A stretch of 64,000 nucleotides of DNA from a virus. Below, piece after piece: positions 1-7,355 of the stretch. The translations under genes were made by a program, and so were the position numbers. The notes beneath the pieces were generated by a model, which saw only the letters and a program-made list of their open reading frames with translations, was not told the DNA's origin and made no database searches. The stretch covers positions 32,001-96,000 of IMG/VR virus record IMGVR_UViG_3300034683_000192. One strand, 5' to 3'. The first letter of the stretch is position 1. Each line of letters starts with the position of its first letter.

Positions 1-2
1 TG

Positions 3-74
3 TCGGTCAATGGGATCATTCCGATCGACATGCTTCTCAGTTTTTTTACCCATTCGATGGTGTACATCGCCTAG
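3..74 (+). CDS. 3' end of an upstream gene (partial, window edge)
   Basis: Frame from nt 3 reads SVNGIIPIDMLLSFFTHSMVYIA*; resembles C-termini (IIPxD...FF) of phiKZ-like tail-assembly proteins; a second frame is also open here. Confidence 0.3.
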   Translation, partial: SVNGIIPIDMLLSFFTHSMVYIA

Positions 75-175
75 CACCGTCGGGAAAAGATATCTGGTCG
101 AGTTTTACGGATCCGTCGGATGATTGCATTGCAGAATACTGTAATAGCTACAACGATTGGATTCGTTCATTAGCC

Positions 176-526
176 GTGGCTAGTGATTCTAGAGTCAAGG
201 AATTCTCGACCAGAATCTTCAATGAGTCGTATCTCCAAACTCGGTACAAAACTTTGTATGTTCCTGACATCAAAAAACCTACAGGGTTTTTGTTCTCAGG
301 TACGGACAGTCAGTCCGTGGAAAAGAAAACATACATCGACGAGGTTCTGGACTTCATGCTTACGTCCAATGTTCATGAGTCTCTCGGAATCACTTTCCTT
401 GAACTCATGAACATGGATGTGGGTATTTACGACAAGATCAAGAAGGCGATAATCGATCATCGACCAAAAGAGAGCGATCAAGCTCTTCAGCTCAAAAAAG
501 AACTGGAGAAAGGATTTAAGAAATGA
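176..526 (+). CDS. conserved phiKZ-like hypothetical protein (possible baseplate assembly factor); start may lie upstream
   Basis: 116-aa ORF whose stop overlaps the chaperonin start (ATGA); C-terminal LGITFLELMNMD resembles a recurrent jumbo-phage motif; frame is open upstream to the window edge. Confidence 0.65.
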   Translation: MASDSRVKEFSTRIFNESYLQTRYKTLYVPDIKKPTGFLFSGTDSQSVEKKTYIDEVLDFMLTSNVHESLGITFLELMNMDVGIYDKIKKAIIDHRPKESDQALQLKKELEKGFKK

Positions 527-2469
527 GTCAGGAACGTATCAATCTGCGAGCTCATCACGACGTCACGAACCTCGCGAAAACTGCAGAACTCGACAAGGTC
601 ATGACGGAGACCTTGTACATGTTCATCGATCAGCTCAAACTCATCTGCGGTCCCTTCTCGAGGAATGCTCTGGTTCTTCAGCAGGAACATGGGATTCCCT
701 CGAACCAGCTGAGTACTGCGAATGACAACAGGTACTTCATGCGTGATGGTGCGCACATCATCAGTGCGACTGAATGTGTGAGTCCTGTACAGCAATACCT
801 CAAGTCGCTCATCCACTATGTGGGTACTCGAGTTGACAAGTCGTGCAAAGACGGAACGACTACGTCAATGATTGCGACATGCTCCGCAATCATTCAGGCG
901 ATTGCTCTGAAAAAAGCACTTCGTTCCACTCCGCTGTTCAAGATCGAAAAAGCGACTGCGGAAGTCTGCGATGAACTCGCCGAAAGAATGAAGAAACACG
1001 TCATCACTGTCGAAGACGTCATGTCGAGTACCGGGTGCTCTCACAAACAAGCTCTCGGTGCACTGACTTTCATTCACGTGTACACTGCGACTGGTGGTGA
1101 CGTCGATGTTGCTACTGCAGTATCGGAATATTTCTCCACTCTTCCTGCCGCAGTGTGGGGAGAATCCATCCCGTGGAGATCATCGACAGTAGAGACCAAT
1201 GAATTTCGGTGCAAACCAGTTCGTCTGGAATACGAACTTGAAATCGATGCAATGAACATCACGATACAGCACAACAATCACGATTACCGTAAGTTCTACA
1301 AATCGGACAATGCGGACGTGCTCGTGATGTATCAAGGTCTCAATGATGCATCGATCGCAACTGAAGATCTTTTCCAGTATATCACCAGTCGGGTTGATTC
1401 TGGAAATCTGACTCCGCTCATCATCATGGTTCCTGCACTTGACAACCACTATTCGTCAGGGTGCATTGAACGACTCAACGCAATCTCCGAACAATACAAG
1501 ACGCAAATTCTCGTCGTGACGTACTCGGTACTGAACAACCGATTCAATTCTCCGTGGGCTGCTCTTGCAATCACTGGGAAAGCGAACGTTCCGCTCTACG
1601 ACGAGAAAGAAGACATCGAAAAATGTGTCATCAAGGGCGTAGAAGTACTCATATCCTACAAATACATCAAGTTCAACAACTTGGTACCGAAGGATGATCG
1701 TGTACCTGATGAGGATCTCACGCATCCAGGTATTTTGTATCCTGACGATTATCCTCATTTCACCGATACGTACAATCGTATTTTGCGTGAACGAGAACTC
1801 GTGAAAGATGCACACCGAGAAGTAGTGGAAGAACGTGAAGAAGTCGAGAAGGCTTTTGCGAATCTTTCTGCGAAACGCGGCATGGCTCTCTACCTTGGTG
1901 GACGTACGCACGATCAGAAAGCTCTTCTGGCAGTAATTGAAGATGCTGCTGGATCAGCTCAAGCTGTAGCCACAAGTGGTGTGATCACTAACGCAATTTC
2001 TCGTGTGGTTAGGGAATGCAGAATCGCAAGAACTGACCCGTCCACGAAACATAAGTCAGAGTTGCATCTACTCATCTGGGAACTCCTTGAACGTACATTC
2101 GCGATGGTGGAAGGCACTCTCGTCGGAACGATGTCCGTACAAGAACACCACGATGAGTGGAAAACGTATAATGAGCTGATGGACTCGGCATATTCGGACA
2201 AATTCACGTATGTCGACCTGGTCAATCTTATGAACCAGGGATCCATGGAACTTCGGTCGTCTGTCGGCGCATTTTCTGGGATCATTGATCCGAGAAAAGA
2301 AATTCGGGAACAGGTTCTTTCCGAATGGGAAACTCAAGGATATCCTCCCACTCAAGCAGCCAGAATGACGAGTGAACTTCTTGGTCGTATCTCTGAAGTC
2401 GCCATGCGTGCAGGGATGGTCGAGATGTTTATCGTACCTGGTGGTGCGTGGGTGTCTGACAAGGAGTAA
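523..2469 (+). CDS. divergent GroEL-like phage chaperonin
   Basis: Equatorial-domain motifs in GroEL order: CGPFSRNALV (cf. LGPKGRNVV), MRDGAHII (cf. TKDGVTV), DKSCKDGTTTS (cf. GDGTTTA), LYLGG...IEDAAGSAQAVATSGV (cf. VGA...VEDALHATRAAVEEGV). Confidence 0.8.
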   Translation: MSQERINLRAHHDVTNLAKTAELDKVMTETLYMFIDQLKLICGPFSRNALVLQQEHGIPSNQLSTANDNRYFMRDGAHIISATECVSPVQQYLKSLIHYVGTRVDKSCKDGTTTSMIATCSAIIQAIALKKALRSTPLFKIEKATAEVCDELAERMKKHVITVEDVMSSTGCSHKQALGALTFIHVYTATGGDVDVATAVSEYFSTLPAAVWGESIPWRSSTVETNEFRCKPVRLEYELEIDAMNITIQHNNHDYRKFYKSDNADVLVMYQGLNDASIATEDLFQYITSRVDSGNLTPLIIMVPALDNHYSSGCIERLNAISEQYKTQILVVTYSVLNNRFNSPWAALAITGKANVPLYDEKEDIEKCVIKGVEVLISYKYIKFNNLVPKDDRVPDEDLTHPGILYPDDYPHFTDTYNRILRERELVKDAHREVVEEREEVEKAFANLSAKRGMALYLGGRTHDQKALLAVIEDAAGSAQAVATSGVITNAISRVVRECRIARTDPSTKHKSELHLLIWELLERTFAMVEGTLVGTMSVQEHHDEWKTYNELMDSAYSDKFTYVDLVNLMNQGSMELRSSVGAFSGIIDPRKEIREQVLSEWETQGYPPTQAARMTSELLGRISEVAMRAGMVEMFIVPGGAWVSDKE

Positions 2470-2471
2470 CA

Positions 2472-2873
2472 ATGATCGTCAGTGTCGATGACATCAAGGT
2501 AGGCGACACGATATCCTACCAGACAAAGAACCCGCACGATGCTGTAACTTACCAAGGTAAAGTGACTGGTATCTGCGCATGGGGAGTAGTACAGAATTTG
2601 CAGGGAGACCTCATTCCGTACTATCAATCCATCAAGAACGAGTACAGAGATATGGCTCCGATCGAGGAGCTTGAGTTCTTCGTACTCAGTGTCTTTCAAA
2701 ATAACCGAACTTCTACCAGAGTGGTAGCGAAGGAATGGATAATTCCCTCGAGTCTCATCAAGCTCGAGCTCGCGAATTATCTCGATTTCCGGATCTACGA
2801 TCGTACATCCGATGAAGCTCAGGAGATTCTCAATCTTCTGAAGTCTCACGGATACCAAACAGTCAAACTCTAG
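2472..2873 (+). CDS. phiKZ-like virion-associated small protein (SH3-like N-terminus)
   Basis: 133 aa, 2 nt after the chaperonin stop; IKVGDTISY...YQGKVTGI beta pattern; followed by a hairpin. Confidence 0.6.
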   Translation: MIVSVDDIKVGDTISYQTKNPHDAVTYQGKVTGICAWGVVQNLQGDLIPYYQSIKNEYRDMAPIEELEFFVLSVFQNNRTSTRVVAKEWIIPSSLIKLELANYLDFRIYDRTSDEAQEILNLLKSHGYQTVKL

Positions 2874-2910
2874 AGAAGGATAAAAAAATGAACACCATGA
2901 AGAGGTAGCC

Positions 2911-2944
2911 ACGAGGAGGATCCCTTTGCGGGGATCCTCCTCGT
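2911..2944. terminator. bidirectional hairpin, 14-bp stem, TTTGCG loop
   Basis: Between convergent genes. Confidence 0.8.
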
Positions 2945-2953
2945 ATTTCGTCA

Positions 2954-3178
2954 CTATTTTTGGAATTTGGTGTCTTGATTTTTGACGATTTTGCACGCAA
3001 GGTCGAGCTCTATGTCCATCGACTCCTTCAGTGCTATGAGCCTTTCCGTAATCTGCGAGAATTGTGTGGTATCCGGAGTCGGCGACTGAGAAATTTTTTC
3101 AGCGAGATGTACAAGCTGACCGAATTCGTCCAATCGCCGACGAACATTCTGTACATTGTGCACGAGTCCAGCTATCAT
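2954..3178 (-). CDS. hypothetical protein
   Basis: 74 aa; AGGAGG ribosome-binding site before ATG. Confidence 0.65.
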   Translation of the reverse strand: MIAGLVHNVQNVRRRLDEFGQLVHLAEKISQSPTPDTTQFSQITERLIALKESMDIELDLACKIVKNQDTKFQK

Positions 3179-3188
3179 TCAGATCCTC

Positions 3189-3599
3189 CTATTTTTGGTA
3201 GGTATCCTCGGGCCGTTTGGCGTTCACCGGGCGACGTATCGTTTCATCGTAGTCTTCGCTGTATGCCTTCGGCGAAAACTCGTAGATCATGCCGAACCGA
3301 TTTACCTTATCGTCGGCAGCCAGAACCTCGTGGTTGTCACAGCCGTAGCCCATGAGGCCACCTTTGCTGTTCCCTACGAAATGCGCGAACGGACACGGAT
3401 GTTTGACATCCTTCCATTGCTCATGATCCTGACGCTCGACGAAATGGAAACACCACCCACCTTCAGTCTCTCCCCTGTGATGGTCGGGGGTGTATTTGTG
3501 TTTGCATATATCCGGAATTTGAACTGCTCCTTTTTCGGACGAAAACTGCGAAAGTCTACGACTATGCCTGATCAATAGCCTCTTGAAGAATGATGTCAA
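3189..3599 (-). CDS. hypothetical Cys/His-rich protein; true start uncertain (probably near 3510)
   Basis: Open frame with CKH, CFH, CPFAH and CDNH motifs; the AAGGAG SD is followed by ATT, not ATG. Confidence 0.5.
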   Translation of the reverse strand: MTSFFKRLLIRHSRRLSQFSSEKGAVQIPDICKHKYTPDHHRGETEGGWCFHFVERQDHEQWKDVKHPCPFAHFVGNSKGGLMGYGCDNHEVLAADDKVNRFGMIYEFSPKAYSEDYDETIRRPVNAKRPEDTYQK

Positions 3600-3867
3600 G
3601 TCGAATCACTCCGGTAAAAGATGGATCATTGGTCGCGATCTGATGGAGCTTGTAGTAGTAATGGTCCCGCAACTTCTCGAATGCCTCAGCAGGGTACCAG
3701 TTTCGTACCGGTTCACCGACCTTCATGATCGCGATGATTTCGTGGGACTCTTCGTCGAACTCCATTCGGCTGAATTCAACCGATTCGATTGCGAAGGTTT
3801 TCGCGATGTCGATCGCGTGAAGATCCACAACCTCATCACACCTGGGAATTATGACAAAGTAACTCAT
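3562..3867 (-). CDS. hypothetical protein
   Basis: 101 aa; AAGGAA SD; downstream of palindrome 3882-3911. Confidence 0.7.
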   Translation of the reverse strand: MSYFVIIPRCDEVVDLHAIDIAKTFAIESVEFSRMEFDEESHEIIAIMKVGEPVRNWYPAEAFEKLRDHYYYKLHQIATNDPSFTGVIRLDIILQEAIDQA

Positions 3868-3881
3868 CGGGTATTCCTTTT

Positions 3882-3911
3882 GAGGAGAGGATCCAATTGG
3901 ATCCTCTCCTC
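3882..3911. terminator. perfect 30-bp palindrome
   Basis: GAGGAGAGGATCCAA|TTGGATCCTCTCCTC. Confidence 0.75.
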
Positions 3912-3921
3912 GGTAGTGGTG

Positions 3922-4884
3922 TTAGAACGTGATGTGCTTGCCGCAGTTCTTGCATTCGCCGGCAGTACGATCGATATCGTCATCGTACAGTTCGCCGGTC
4001 AGCCCCCAGTTCCCGTCACCGAGAGGTTCGACGGAAACCGGGTTCTTGGTCAGGAAGACCACGTTGATTGACTTGCAGTTGGGGCAGCAGACATCATGCG
4101 TATCCGAATCCGGATCAGGATCCGGAAGATTAGAGATGTCGTGGACGGTCAATCCATCGAACATGGTGGATGCTGCCGCGTATTCCTGGTCGGAGGGTTC
4201 TTCGCCATCTTCTTCGAGCTTCTGCTTCAGCAGGTCGCCGAGATTGAAGCCAGCAGGAACATCCGCAGACTTTTCTTGCGGTTCTTCCTGCTGGGTTTTC
4301 TTGCGGTCGACTTCTTCTTGCATTCGCTGGACGAGGTGTTCCGCCGTGGTTTCGGTATTGTTGAATTGCTCAGGGTACGCTTGTTCGAAAGCTTTGAAGA
4401 TTTCCCCGAGACTCCGGATCTCCCCGCGTCTGGCGTTTCTTCCCAGCTCTTCGCGGGAAATGGTTTCGCCGTTGGCCATGCGAAACCGATCATTCAGCGT
4501 GAACCCGGGAGATATCAGGGATTCGAGACCACTGAGTTTCGACGAAATGTCGCGCAGAGGCTGCGCGATGAAGTCGTCGCCGTAGCGCTTGATCAGCGCT
4601 TCGAAATTGACCACCACTTCGTCGACCGTGCGGAGCAGTTCCGCGAGAACATGCTCGACAATGAAGCCGCGTTTGTCACGGCTCTTGTCATTGTTGGCGT
4701 GATCTTCGAGTGCGTCGCTGATCTTGTCGATCAACGTGGTGATGTTGACGATCAGCGTGTTGTGGTTCGCTGCCGCCGCGACGACGTGCCGCAGATCTTC
4801 ATGCATCTTACCGGTTTCCACCCGAAGCTGTTCGTTTTCACGTTCCAGCCGGTCGAGCCGGTTTTGGAGGATTTCCATATCCAT
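3922..4884 (-). CDS. coiled-coil protein with acidic linker and C-terminal zinc ribbon
   Basis: N-terminal heptads LQNRLDRLERENEQLR; C-terminal CCPNCKS...CKNCG. Confidence 0.75.
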   Translation of the reverse strand: MDMEILQNRLDRLERENEQLRVETGKMHEDLRHVVAAAANHNTLIVNITTLIDKISDALEDHANNDKSRDKRGFIVEHVLAELLRTVDEVVVNFEALIKRYGDDFIAQPLRDISSKLSGLESLISPGFTLNDRFRMANGETISREELGRNARRGEIRSLGEIFKAFEQAYPEQFNNTETTAEHLVQRMQEEVDRKKTQQEEPQEKSADVPAGFNLGDLLKQKLEEDGEEPSDQEYAAASTMFDGLTVHDISNLPDPDPDSDTHDVCCPNCKSINVVFLTKNPVSVEPLGDGNWGLTGELYDDDIDRTAGECKNCGKHITF

Positions 4885-4897
4885 TTGAAGTTCCCCT

Positions 4898-5356
4898 TCA
4901 GTTTTGGTATTTGGTCATGGTGGGATTTTCGACGAACCAGATCCTGGAGCCATCATCATCGGAGTACAGAGCAACTCTGACGACGTAGGATTCCCTGATG
5001 AACTGCACGATGGCTTCCGCTTCACGGTCAGATGGGAGCTCACACACCATTTCAGTGTGCGGCTTTCCTTCAAACGGATATTCGGTCAGCGGGAATGCCA
5101 TTTCCTTACCACTACCTACAGTAATGACGACGGTATGCGTCTCAGCAGGTGCATGGTAGGGACGTTTCACGTACAGATGAAGAAGGGAGAATTGCGATCC
5201 ATCCTCCCTCGTCTGCACATGGATGTCAAGTTCGGCGTCCCCGCCGTGTTTGCTTGACAGCTGAAGTTTGTAGCCTTCCGCAGAAGGTTCCTGCGCCATG
5301 CAGGGAATACCAAGTGCCACCACCATAAGACTGGTCAGAATGAAGCGGATGAACAT
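4898..5356 (-). CDS. exported hypothetical protein (signal peptide)
   Basis: Start reassigned to MFIRFILTSLMVVALGIPCMA behind AGAGGA SD; hydrophobic leader with A-x-A-like cleavage site. Confidence 0.7.
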   Translation of the reverse strand: MFIRFILTSLMVVALGIPCMAQEPSAEGYKLQLSSKHGGDAELDIHVQTREDGSQFSLLHLYVKRPYHAPAETHTVVITVGSGKEMAFPLTEYPFEGKPHTEMVCELPSDREAEAIVQFIRESYVVRVALYSDDDGSRIWFVENPTMTKYQN

Positions 5357-5433
5357 GATGAATTCCTCTTGTAGATGGGGCTGACGGCGTAGGGTATCCA
5401 CCCTAGAAGAAAATGATGATCCAGCCGTGCATA
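5335..5433 (-). CDS. small hydrophobic peptide MHGWIIIFLLGWIPYAVSPIYKRNSSCSSASF (not in ORF track)
   Basis: GGAGG SD just before ATG; fills the gap between two genes. Confidence 0.45.
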   Translation of the reverse strand, partial: YARLDHHFLLGWIPYAVSPIYKRNSSCSSASF

Positions 5434-5453
5434 ACGCGCCTCCGCACGTTTAC

Positions 5454-5804
5454 CTAATCTTCTCGAAGTAGATTCCTGAATCTTTCCTCGAAAAGCTTAG
5501 AAGGAATGAAGAACACGACCCACCCATCTTTGTAGGGATCGTTCGTCGTGTAGAAGATATACTTCTTCCCATCGGGGAAGTTGTACGAAACCTCGGCAGG
5601 AAGAGATACATCTTTGAGATGCACTCTCACTACTTGATCCATCTCAACCCATCCGACATTACCAGATTCCGACATGTAGACTAGCGGAATGGATTGGTGG
5701 TAGCGTGATGGATCTTCATCCGCAGCCACTAGGTCAGGATTGAGATGGAAATGAATCATGATGGCGATGAGGAAGATCAGGAGATCCTTAAAACACTTAA
5801 TCAT
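5454..5804 (-). CDS. exported or membrane-anchored hypothetical protein
   Basis: N-terminal hydrophobic stretch LLIFLIAIMIHF; first gene after the early promoter at 5821. Confidence 0.7.
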   Translation of the reverse strand: MIKCFKDLLIFLIAIMIHFHLNPDLVAADEDPSRYHQSIPLVYMSESGNVGWVEMDQVVRVHLKDVSLPAEVSYNFPDGKKYIFYTTNDPYKDGWVVFFIPSKLFEERFRNLLRED

Positions 5805-5820
5805 TTTGGTTCCTCGATTT

Positions 5821-5828
5821 GTAATATA
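5821..5828 (-). promoter_or_regulatory. early (virion RNAP) promoter TATATTAC
   Basis: Exact phiKZ early consensus, upstream of 5804 start. Confidence 0.8.
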
Positions 5829-5858
5829 TGGTTAATGAATTTATGATCGACATTTTTT

Positions 5859-5887
5859 GAAGAGGCGTCCCTTTCGGGAGCCTCTTC
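5859..5887. terminator. imperfect hairpin after the ART-like gene
   Basis: GAAGAGGC...CCTCTTC. Confidence 0.65.
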
Positions 5888-5890
5888 GCA

Positions 5891-6649
5891 TTATACCGGA
5901 TTCACAGGAACACCAGTATTGTAGTACAGTGCAACTTTCTCTGAAATCTCTCTGGTTTTCTTCTGGAGTTCGTGACGAATGATTTCACCCCGTTTTTCCA
6001 GCGTATCTTCGTGATGACTGAGGTCAACTTCATTGAGTGTGTACTCTTTCCCAGGACCAGCACATTTCACTACAAAGTGGTGAAAAAGTTCAGGATGCTG
6101 AAGCGCACTCAGAGGATTGATCCAGTAATAAAGAAATGGATATTTCCTCATCTTCATGTGATCTGGACGAGTGAGCATGTGAATATCGACTGCTCCCACA
6201 TACTCGACAGGTACTGGTCCAGCATATCCTACTTCACCAGTAAGAAGCTGATCAAATACTTTTGTGAATGAACGAACTTTATCGAGTTCGTATGCTACAA
6301 CTTTCGATGGATCGAGACTTGACACTTTCGCACGATAAACGTGGAACCGAAAAGTACGAGGTTCGATCCTTGCGTTGTTGAGATGGATCATACTGTCATC
6401 ACCGGAGTAAGAGAAGTTTCTGATCCATCCAGGGAGAAACATCGCTTGAACACAGCAGTGAACACCATCACCAAAACACACACGATTGTTTTCTTTCTTT
6501 CCACCACGTTCAGAATTCTGATTGGTACGTGGTTTAAGAACATCTATTCCTTTTGTAGGAGACAGATGGTAAATATATTCGACAGTATCTACCGCTGTTT
6601 TTACTGTACCATCTTTTTCGAGAGTGAATCTCTCAAGAGCTTTGAACAT
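5891..6649 (-). CDS. putative ADP-ribosyltransferase-fold protein (Arr-like)
   Basis: YHLS...LKPR, RVCF, CCVQA, VY and late TGEVGY..PV motifs fit an H-x-E ART core; N-terminus MFKALE resembles a head-protease site. Confidence 0.55.
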   Translation of the reverse strand: MFKALERFTLEKDGTVKTAVDTVEYIYHLSPTKGIDVLKPRTNQNSERGGKKENNRVCFGDGVHCCVQAMFLPGWIRNFSYSGDDSMIHLNNARIEPRTFRFHVYRAKVSSLDPSKVVAYELDKVRSFTKVFDQLLTGEVGYAGPVPVEYVGAVDIHMLTRPDHMKMRKYPFLYYWINPLSALQHPELFHHFVVKCAGPGKEYTLNEVDLSHHEDTLEKRGEIIRHELQKKTREISEKVALYYNTGVPVNPV

Positions 6650-6658
6650 TGTCCACCC

Positions 6659-7153
6659 CTAAAGTTTCTTTGCCATAGTAGAACTGACAGTAACGAATCT
6701 GGCTTTTTTGTATAGCATTTTCGCTGCAATGTTCTTTTCGAGTACTCCCAATAAAAGATAGTCAAATCTCTCTTTTTTGGCATATCTCTCGATTTCCGAA
6801 AGAAAGAGTTTTCCGTATCCTTTCTTTCGATGAATTTTTCTGATGAAAAATTCACTTAGCCACACAACAGATTCGGTATAGGTTTTAACAGGAAAACACA
6901 CGGCATAACCGACTGGTTCTTCGTCGGCCATTGCCAAAAAGAATGTTTTGATTTTGCGGGTGTTATCTAGATAGTTCTTTATTGCTTCAGGTGTCCAATT
7001 GTTGAGTTCAGATTCTTCTTTAGGTCCAGGATTGTTGAGACGAGTAACGGCTTCGCCGAATTCGATACTCCACTGTAGATAGTTTCTATAGAGGATGTTC
7101 CAGTACTTGGTATGCTTATGATCTTCAAGTTTGATGACTGTGAGTGTTGACAT
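6659..7153 (-). CDS. GNAT-family N-acetyltransferase
   Basis: Motif A FFIRKIHRKKGYGKLFL and motif B LGVLEKNIAAKMLYKKARF. Confidence 0.88.
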   Translation of the reverse strand: MSTLTVIKLEDHKHTKYWNILYRNYLQWSIEFGEAVTRLNNPGPKEESELNNWTPEAIKNYLDNTRKIKTFFLAMADEEPVGYAVCFPVKTYTESVVWLSEFFIRKIHRKKGYGKLFLSEIERYAKKERFDYLLLGVLEKNIAAKMLYKKARFVTVSSTMAKKL

Positions 7154-7188
7154 GGAAGATCCTTGGTTAAATTGGTTACATTACATAA

Positions 7189-7196
7189 GTAATATA
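7189..7196 (-). promoter_or_regulatory. early promoter TATATTAC (GNAT-ART unit)
   Basis: Exact consensus. Confidence 0.8.
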
Positions 7197-7322
7197 TCTT
7201 TGACATAACGATCAGAACAGTACAATATACTCATTATGTAGATAAACTATACTGAAGTTAAGTAGTGATATTGGTTTGTCGTGTAGAGGTCATCACGACT
7301 ATATATTTGTACACTAATCTAT

Positions 7323-7351
7323 AGGAGGTGGGCCGGTAAGCCCTACCTCCT
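7323..7351. terminator. hairpin ending the head-protein operon
   Basis: AGGAGGTGGGC...GCCCTACCTCCT. Confidence 0.7.
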
Positions 7352-7355
7352 TTTG

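Noticed and set aside
3156-3578. Plus-strand hydrophobic ORF
   Set aside because: Antisense to the minus-strand operon, whose genes have clear SDs
4096-4980. 294-aa plus-strand ORF starting MRIRIRIRIRKIR
   Set aside because: Antisense shadow of 3922-4884; the RI repeat is the reverse complement of the PDPDPDSD linker; no SD
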